This document shows, in pieces, positions 56,751-64,000 of a stretch of DNA of 64,000 nucleotides. How positions within the stretch are numbered: position 1 is the stretch's first letter; every line of letters begins with the position of its first letter. The notes below the pieces were generated by a model, which saw only the letters and a program-made list of their open reading frames with translations, made no database searches and had not been told where the DNA came from. The translations under genes were made by a program, and so were the position numbers. This stretch comes from Candidatus Poribacteria bacterium (lineage in GTDB: Bacteria > Poribacteria > WGA-4E > WGA-3G), in assembly GCA_965205025.1 (NCBI GenBank), contig CBDBFU010000013.1, positions 259,060 to 323,059 of the forward strand, in the 5' to 3' direction.

Positions 56751-58094
56751 TTAACGATTCAAAAGTGGCTTCTCCGCTTTTAATCCATCTTTCTCAATAA
56801 TCGCAGTACGTATTCTTCGCCACGAAGGATGTCCTCTTCCAACCGCGTCCCATTTACCATCCATATATGAGATGATAGCATAATTCTTTTCGCTATCCTC
56901 AAGGTCGTTGTTGTGTAATTCTTCATCAATCCAATTTGTATAGGTAAGCGGTTCACCTGTATCCCATTTCCATTCACCCTCTGTCTCAATGTCAGTAAGT
57001 CCTATCCAACTCTGACCATGTTTAAAAATAGCTTCAAGCCAAATCTGTTCACTTTCGCTATTAATAGTGACAAGATGTGCATCTTCATTGGCAGCTTGTG
57101 TATGTGCATCATCCCAGCTCTTGCATGATATCTTTTTGTATACATGCTGATTTTCAGGATTGATGACCCATACATTTAGCACACCAGAATACATCGGGAC
57201 GGGATCTAACATATCAGATACTGTTGGTATCTGTTCCTGTGTAATGTCATCAAACGACAAAACCACAGGTTGATGTTCACCCTCTTCAGCAATATTAACA
57301 AATCCTGACACAGTATTATGTCCAAGATATCTTGCATATAATGAATATACACCAGATTGATTAATGTAATAGACGAAATTCCCATCTATATCAGTAACAA
57401 CAGAACCCATTAATCGATCATGTCTTGTGCCATCCAATTGACAATACCTCAAATTAAGTTGGAATCTATTGTTAGGAAATGGTGTACCATCTTTAAAAAC
57501 AATTTTCCCTTCTAATCGCTTAAGAAATTTCACTGTAATATTTATGTCATTAATATTAGTTTCAGGTTTGATACCAAAGACAAAATTCTCTTCTGATCGT
57601 GATGTCATTTGAGGGAATATCTGTGCTTCTCCAATTTGTATCATATATATTTGCACATCAGTGTTCCTGAAAAACATCTCTTGTGTTGGTATTTTCTCTT
57701 TACCGATCTCAATCTGATACAATCCCTGATAAACTTTGCTTAGGTTAAATTGTCCATCTGCATCGGTTTTTGCTATAGGTGTATCTGAAAGCCGTTTTTG
57801 GATCTCATTAAAATCCGGTTGTTCTTCATCATCTAAATCCTGCGGTTTCGGTTGAAAAGATGGATAGTGTAATCCAGGCGTGAATTGTAATGGAACAACA
57901 CGACCATCTCTAAAGGTTACTGAGAAGAGGACAATTGAAGCACCTTCAACCGGTTCTCCATTAATATCAATTACACGGCCATTTATTTTTGATAATTCAT
58001 CAGCAACACACAGACTCATACAAGAAATAAACATATAAATTATGAGGATTACATAAATTACCGTTGCGTTCTTGATTGAATATGGGGCAAACAT
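56751..58094 (-). CDS. Secreted protein: carboxypeptidase-regulatory-like domains + C-type lectin domain
   Basis: GRVIDINGEPVEGA; SWDDA...AHLVTINSESEQ...WIGLTD..EG.W.W..GE...YTNW. Confidence 0.82.
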   Translation of the reverse strand: MFAPYSIKNATVIYVILIIYMFISCMSLCVADELSKINGRVIDINGEPVEGASIVLFSVTFRDGRVVPLQFTPGLHYPSFQPKPQDLDDEEQPDFNEIQKRLSDTPIAKTDADGQFNLSKVYQGLYQIEIGKEKIPTQEMFFRNTDVQIYMIQIGEAQIFPQMTSRSEENFVFGIKPETNINDINITVKFLKRLEGKIVFKDGTPFPNNRFQLNLRYCQLDGTRHDRLMGSVVTDIDGNFVYYINQSGVYSLYARYLGHNTVSGFVNIAEEGEHQPVVLSFDDITQEQIPTVSDMLDPVPMYSGVLNVWVINPENQHVYKKISCKSWDDAHTQAANEDAHLVTINSESEQIWLEAIFKHGQSWIGLTDIETEGEWKWDTGEPLTYTNWIDEELHNNDLEDSEKNYAIISYMDGKWDAVGRGHPSWRRIRTAIIEKDGLKAEKPLLNR

Positions 58095-58191
58095 ATTAAA
58101 ATCTCCTACTGTTAGAAATTGATTTAGAATTCTTTCAAGGTATAGATATTTGATAAGATTTCAGTTAGGTATCTCTATTTAAACCCTACAT

Positions 58192-59406
58192 CTAATCGGA
58201 ATTAACTTGGACTTCATCTTTTTCTATAATTGCATGCTGGACAAGATGTTGGAACGGACTACCTTTGATAAGACCAATCCATTTCTTAGTCGAAGCATCT
58301 AAAGTAACATGCATATTCTCAGTAATAGATGTCAGATCACCTGTGTTTTGAGCGAAGTTAGAATATGGAATCTGTTCTTTATTATGCCACTTCTCACCTT
58401 TTCTTGTAAGTCGTAATCCTATCCAATAAAAATTACTCTGAGAAAACAAACTTTCTATCCATTTTTGTTCCTCAACGTCGTTAATTGATACAAGATATGC
58501 GTCTTCGGATTCAGCTGTTCTTTTTGCTTGCCACCAACTTTTACAGCGAATTGTCTTGTATGCATGACCATTAGATGGGTTAACTGCCCATACTTCCTGC
58601 AATGCTCTCCATCGAGCCATTTCTTTATCTTCAGTATCGGATTCTGATATATTCGATTTATCAGGATCATTCAAAGTCTCCTCACTGAGTTTCAACACCA
58701 ATGTATCATATTGATCTCCATCTTTGAGGATAATTGGTTCTGATTTTGCAGATAGATTAAAATACTTTACAGACACCGTATAGGTTGCAGCTTCACGAAC
58801 GAACTCTGTAAAGAATCCTTCTTTATCAGTTATGGTTCCATCCATTCTACTTCTAAGATTATCCCATAAATGAGACGGTTGTAGGTCTAATTTAATTGTT
58901 CTATTACGAAATGGCGTACCATCATTGAAGACTATTTGACCGCTTATTTTCATACGGGGAACCAAAGTGAAGACCATGTTTTTGAGATGCTGACCTTTAG
59001 TAATTCCGATTGGTATCCTCCTAAAACCGAAAAATTCATGTGAATATAGGGTTAAACCACCTACTTCAATTGTCTTAATCTTATAATTAGCTGTACCTTC
59101 AGGTAGTAGCTTAAATTCAACTGGAACGGATGAAATACCTGAGATTGAAAAATTACCATGACTATCAGTTCTTGATCTCATTGTAATTTCCCCTAATCTG
59201 GAAGGGTACCGATCTAACCCTGTTATATCAATTGGTTGGATACCAATCTCTATTCCTTGCATTGGATTTTTCTGAATATCAACAACTTGACCAGATACTG
59301 TCGTCACCGTTTGCTGCGCTTCACTCTGCCAAGTAAGAGTAAGGAAAAAGACTGCAAACATGATGAATAAAGTTAGTATAAAAATTCGAATGTGTAATTT
59401 ACGCAT
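58192..59406 (-). CDS. Paralog: carboxypeptidase-regulatory-like domains + C-type lectin domain
   Basis: SGQVVD..P; NPSNGHAYK, AYLVSIND..EQ.W, YWIGL. Confidence 0.8.
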   Translation of the reverse strand: MRKLHIRIFILTLFIMFAVFFLTLTWQSEAQQTVTTVSGQVVDIQKNPMQGIEIGIQPIDITGLDRYPSRLGEITMRSRTDSHGNFSISGISSVPVEFKLLPEGTANYKIKTIEVGGLTLYSHEFFGFRRIPIGITKGQHLKNMVFTLVPRMKISGQIVFNDGTPFRNRTIKLDLQPSHLWDNLRSRMDGTITDKEGFFTEFVREAATYTVSVKYFNLSAKSEPIILKDGDQYDTLVLKLSEETLNDPDKSNISESDTEDKEMARWRALQEVWAVNPSNGHAYKTIRCKSWWQAKRTAESEDAYLVSINDVEEQKWIESLFSQSNFYWIGLRLTRKGEKWHNKEQIPYSNFAQNTGDLTSITENMHVTLDASTKKWIGLIKGSPFQHLVQHAIIEKDEVQVNSD

Positions 59407-59932
59407 TGCAAGATCTCCTTATGATCTATCATTATAATTGCTTCTGACTCTGTTATAGGTTGATATATAATACCATAGATTACAATAAACCAGTTACCAA
59501 ATACCATCCCTAAGGGTGTGTAAGTTTTTTGTCACTTTACTAAAGTATATTTCATAAATACTAAACGTTCACACCGATATAATTCCTCTTCGTAGTGGTG
59601 GGTTTCCCTGCCCCAACAGACAAAAACTCTTATCCCTGTAATCCACAATTCTGAAAAACACTTCTTTGTACCACAAACTTTTAGTTTGTGATTTTACTCC
59701 TTAACCTTTCCAAACACTCCTATCCATGTAATCCGTGATTCAGACATCCTTCCTTGAATTAACACATAAAAAAATACAACTAAAAATATAATAACCAAAA
59801 ATTAATGAAAAAATATTGAAGAAATCCAAACTATAACACAACTAAAGATATAATATTGTAGAGATACCCATAACAAATTACTAATATTAGCAAATATAAT
59901 AAAATAATAAATCACAATAAACAATTTTTATC

Positions 59933-59961
59933 TTGACACATACATTTTATTATGTTACTAT
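59933..59961 (+). promoter_or_regulatory. Sigma70-like promoter without an adjacent ORF
   Basis: TTGACA-17bp-TACTAT with TG extension. Confidence 0.4.
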
Positions 59962-60008
59962 ATATCACATTGTATGGAATATTAATAGCATATCTGAATG
60001 TAGTTATA

Positions 60009-60150
60009 ACGCCAGTTTGATAATAAATAATGTCAGTTCGATAAACAGAATTTTGTACTGAAGATAGTCTTTGTAGCACAAACTTTCCAGTTTGTGCACT
60101 CTGGTGTTAGCTAAAAGTTCGGGTTACAATGTGTCTTATCAAACTCACGT
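60009..60150. mobile_element. MITE-A, second (inverted) copy
   Basis: 142 bp, reverse complement of 10760-10901; 8-bp duplication TAGTTATA. Confidence 0.8.
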
Positions 60151-60662
60151 TAGTTATAAAAGTCTTACAACTGTTGTAAAACTTTTACAACAGTTGTAAA
60201 AAGAAAATCATAATCGTAGATCCATACAAACCTATACCAGAACAGGGTTTAGAACACTTCAAACAAAAACGGAGTAGAGAATTATTAAAAAAATAAAAAA
60301 ATTTGCATTTTTTTAAGTATTTTCAAGAAAACCCTTTCTGGGACTAACTTTAGAGCAGTTTAAAACATTGCTGTTTAAAAATTGTGTTGTAAAAAATTGT
60401 CCGATAAAAAGTAAGGTAATATATACATCAGTGTATCTCAAAATTGCGAATTCTTCATTCTAATGCAGTCACTCTTCGTAGGAACGAGGTCTCCCCATAC
60501 GTTACTATATTTTGTAGGTCCGGTTGAGTTTACGAAACTCGATAAACGTCAATTTTACGATATGATGCTCTTGGTTTTGGTAAATTCAGACCCAATGCAA
60601 GTTTCCTTTTGTTTAAAACAAGAAGTACATGGTTGTAGATTTCTCTTTGTACCGCAAACTTT

Positions 60663-60806
60663 ATGAGGATTAAGTTTTAAATTCGGTAATTCCCATTTTC
60701 CCAAACTTGGTAGGTTCGGTTTCCTAACCACGGGGAATGCTAAATAGCATTCATACCGTTGATTCGAATTTCTAACACATTACCGAATTATTATTTTAAT
60801 CTTCAT
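60663..60806. mobile_element. MITE-B inserted in the loop of a REP hairpin
   Basis: ATGAGGATTAA...TTAATCTTCAT ends; flanks GTACCGCAAACTTT and TTAGTTTGCG rebuild a REP. Confidence 0.75.
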
Positions 60807-61149
60807 TTAGTTTGCGTCTCCATAGTGGTTAGAAACACCCAGAAAATGACACAAAAATGAAAATTTCCAAATTTCAAGAAAATTGTCATAAACCCAATCT
60901 ATTACAGGGGTTAGAGCAATTTTACAATGTTACACCATGTAACGAAAAGTGTAACTTTTTCATTTTATTACAATGTATCTCATTATTAGGAATCGTTCTT
61001 ATTGGTATAATTCCTCTTCATAGAAACGGCATCTCCCGGTTGGTTAAAAATATGGCAAATGTCAAGATCAAACTATCCTCAAAATCTATGATTTATTGGA
61101 TTTATTCTAATATCATGTCAAAATGGATGGTTAAGATATTTCGCATACA

Positions 61150-61365
61150 AAAAAATCCAAATCAATGGTTTGGAAGAAAAATAAAAGACACAAAATTGAT
61201 TATTTTTGCAAATTCTTGTTACCTTAAAAAAGTAGCTCTAAACCCACTGTAGTACTGACGGGAAAGAGGTTTTACCAATGTCACACAATGTGACAAAAAG
61301 TGTAACTATATTAAACATAAAAATAATAAATACATTACTATTGTGAATAATTAAAAGACAGAAAA
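61150..61365 (+). repeat. Copy of the ~220-bp TGTCACA-N3-TGTGACA element
   Basis: Aligns to the reverse complement of 14740-14955. Confidence 0.75.
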
Positions 61366-61460
61366 TGTTGATTTAATTCAACATTACGGTTAATATCATA
61401 GAAGGATAATTCCAAGACTTTCATCTATAACCAACACTATTATGAAATACGGATATTGGT

Positions 61461-62647
61461 ATGTGCCATAGGTTAATCATAATCTTCATTCTCTATTGTT
61501 GTCTCCAAAACAATATATGCATTGCAGATAATGCTCAACATAATCAATATGTACAGCATGTTGAACAAGCATTCCAAATGTTATTTCAAGGAAACAACAA
61601 AGGGGCAATTAAAGAATTTGAGAATGCACTAAAGATAGAACCCGAACACTTTGAAATTCTGCACTACTTAGGAATGGCGTATGCTAATCAAGAATCTCTA
61701 AATATGGCAATAGAAGCATATAAACGTTCATTAACCTTAAATCCAGAAAATATCGAGGCATTATATTCATTAGGTGTAGCATATTTCAAAATTGAACCAA
61801 TGGGACAATTCCACAGAACCATTACAAAAAGTCATTAATCTTGATCCGGAACACGGTCGCGGTTTTGAACTCCTTGGAAAGGTGTTCGTGAAACTACGCA
61901 AATATAAGGAAGCAGTTCCCACACTGACACAAGCGATTAAGCTAAAACCCTTCTCAGCAGGTATATATAATGAACTGGGGACAGCATTTCTCAATCAAAA
62001 AGAATACCAAAAAGCAATTGATAATTTCAATAATGCTATCCAATACGGTCCACCAAACTATGCTGACCCACATCACGGTCTTGGAACCACATACCTTCGA
62101 TTAGGAGATAGAGAAAAAAGTCGTAAAGAAATGCAGATATTTCAGCAAATGCAAAAGCAATATGCTGAATATGAACGATATACACGATTAACACGAAATG
62201 AACCAGAAACCTTGATGGATGGACACGATTGGCACAAGTGTTAATGTCTCAGAGACAATATAATGAGGTGATACCCGTACTACAGAAATGTATTCAACTG
62301 GCAACACAACAGCAAAAACCTGCAAAGGCAGTATCAGGTTATCACCACGGTATTAGTCAAGCATTCATCCAATTAAATTATCCACGAATCGCACAAGAAT
62401 ATGTACAGAAAGCAATTAAACTTCAACCGAATATACCTGTTTACTATAACACCCTCGGCAGTACATTCGCTATGCAAGGTAATGTACCAAATGCCATAGG
62501 AGCATTTCGTAAAGCCATTGAGTTGGATTCAGATCAACCCCTATTCCATCTAAATATCTCAAAGTTATATCAGAGCATTGGACAGCAAAACTCGCACAGG
62601 AACATTACAAGACCTATGAATATCATCTGGAAAAGCAAAAAAAATAA
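61461..62647 (+). CDS. Tetratricopeptide repeat protein (several frameshifts)
   Basis: Consecutive TPR fragments 61461-61838, 61792-62244, 62229-~62590; probable true stop TAA 62645-62647. Confidence 0.72.
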
Positions 62648-62654
62648 TACATCC

Positions 62655-63540
62655 ATGGAATTACAATTCAACAGACTTACAAACATTATACAAAACCGCT
62701 CTCATGTTTTAGTGATGCTTGTTATTTTCTGTCTTATCACAACACCTATAGAGATGTATGGAGAATTAGAGGATGAAAGCCTAATCTTAATCCCTGCAGG
62801 TACATTTAAGATGGGAAGTGATAACCGTGCCGCTGATGAAAGACCAATTCATAAGGTATTCCTTGAGGCATACTATATTGGAAAGTATGAAGTCACTAAT
62901 GCAGAATATTACGAATTCTGGAATAGCATACAAACTAATAAGACTAATACTGATAACACCCAACATCATACGCCTGAAGACTTTATCCACATACCGCATA
63001 TTGGAAAATGGCAAGATAGAGCAAAAGAATATCCAAACCATCCAGTCGTAGGTGTCTCTTGGCATGATGCGAATGCCTATGCAAAATGGAAAGGGATGAG
63101 ACTACCGACTGAGGCTGAATGGGAAAAAGCTGCACGCGGATATACTGATAGAACATGGCCCTGGGGAAATGCTTTAGAAGAATATGCAAATACAGTCTCA
63201 AATAAGATGGGTATCCGAATCGAATTGCACCTGTCGGTAGTTTCAAACAAGGAAAAGCTATTATGGTGCAATGGATATGGCAGGGAACGTATGGGAATGG
63301 ACTTCGGATTGGTATAGCGATGTCTATTACTACAATAGTCCAAAGCAAAATCCTACTGGACCCAAAAACGGTAGTTGGCGCGTTATTCGTGGCGGTTCAT
63401 GGATAGATGCCATTCCCCGTTGTAGTACCACATTCCGATTTCATCAATATCCAAATCTTAAAACCTCATTTATCGGATTCCGAGTAGCAAAACAGCTGAC
63501 AAAAAAGAATAATAATCCTTCCTACGAGGGTATCAAGTAA
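62655..63540 (+). CDS. FGE/SUMF1-family domain protein (frameshifted)
   Basis: [65 protein letters not shown]. Confidence 0.85.
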
Positions 63541-63559
63541 ATAATAGTAGCTGATTATG

Positions 63560-64000
63560 AGTATCACCGATATTTAAGATGTCAAACACATCACTATTAG
63601 CACGGAAACGGGTGAACAAGGCAATCGTCAAATCAACCATCTCTTTGCTTTTTGATAGACTTGCGTTTGAAATGACCAAACCAATGCCGCATCAAACCAT
63701 TGTTCCGTTCTATTTGTTGTGTCTCAGTTTTTGTTTGTTCTAACATATACGAAGGTAATACAGATTCATTCACGAGCCATTTGTCTGTATAATATTTCTG
63801 TATATTCAAGTGGGATAGTCGGGAGATGAGTTTCTCAAGTGTGCCTTATCTCTACCACCATATTCCCACTCAATCAGGTGTCCGGTGTTTTTATCAAAGG
63901 CTTCCAAACTTAGAGTTTATTTTTCTTATTCCTATATAATGCCACATCTTATCAAGTTCAATAGCAACACGCTGTTCTCTATCAACTTTCGGTTCTGGTG
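63560..64000 (-). pseudogene. Degenerate IS1-family transposase (InsB part), truncated by window edge
   Basis: Fragments VAIELDKMWHYIG, WKAFDKNTGHLIEWEYGGRD, YYTDKW, QIERNNGLMRHWFGHFKRK with stops and frameshifts. Confidence 0.75.

Noticed and set aside
60463-61252. ORFs of 67 and 131 aa
   Set aside because: They run through REP, MITE and the conserved non-coding element, with low-complexity AT-rich composition
62229-63317. TPR-FGE fusion protein from the ORF track
   Set aside because: A one-base shift near 62590 gives a natural TPR stop at 62645-62647, and the FGE gene has its own ATG and signal-like segment at 62655; the fusion is probably an indel artefact
56751-63540. Diversity-generating retroelement targets (C-type lectin and FGE folds)
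   Set aside because: No reverse transcriptase and no template/variable repeat pair differing at adenines was seen

Overview
AT-rich bacterial chromosomal window. The gene content (internalin-like LRR protein, sulfatases, phytanoyl-CoA dioxygenase, Uma2 nuclease, C-type-lectin and TPR proteins) resembles the sponge symbionts Ca. Poribacteria; this is an inference. It holds housekeeping genes (groES/groEL, rpsU, rimI, a CopA-type ATPase, glycerate kinase) and many catabolic enzymes. There are two anti-phage-type loci: an ATPase+HNH (Septu-like) pair, and a PLD-SNF2 helicase / type IIG RM / ATPase-TOPRIM operon interrupted by a REP-associated tyrosine transposase (RAYT) cassette with an 8-unit REP array. 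Cognate GTAG REP hairpins are scattered through the window. Some are targets for, and others cargo of, at least three MITE families and an IS4 element, giving nested structures in three long intergenic blocks. The ORF track misses two things: a giant cytochrome c-LRR gene running off the left edge, and an in-frame UGA plus SECIS-like hairpin that makes the radical SAM gene a probable C-U-A-E-P-tail selenoprotein. Clusters of single-base frameshifts (6.8-10.7 kb, 61.4-63.5 kb) are most likely assembly indels.
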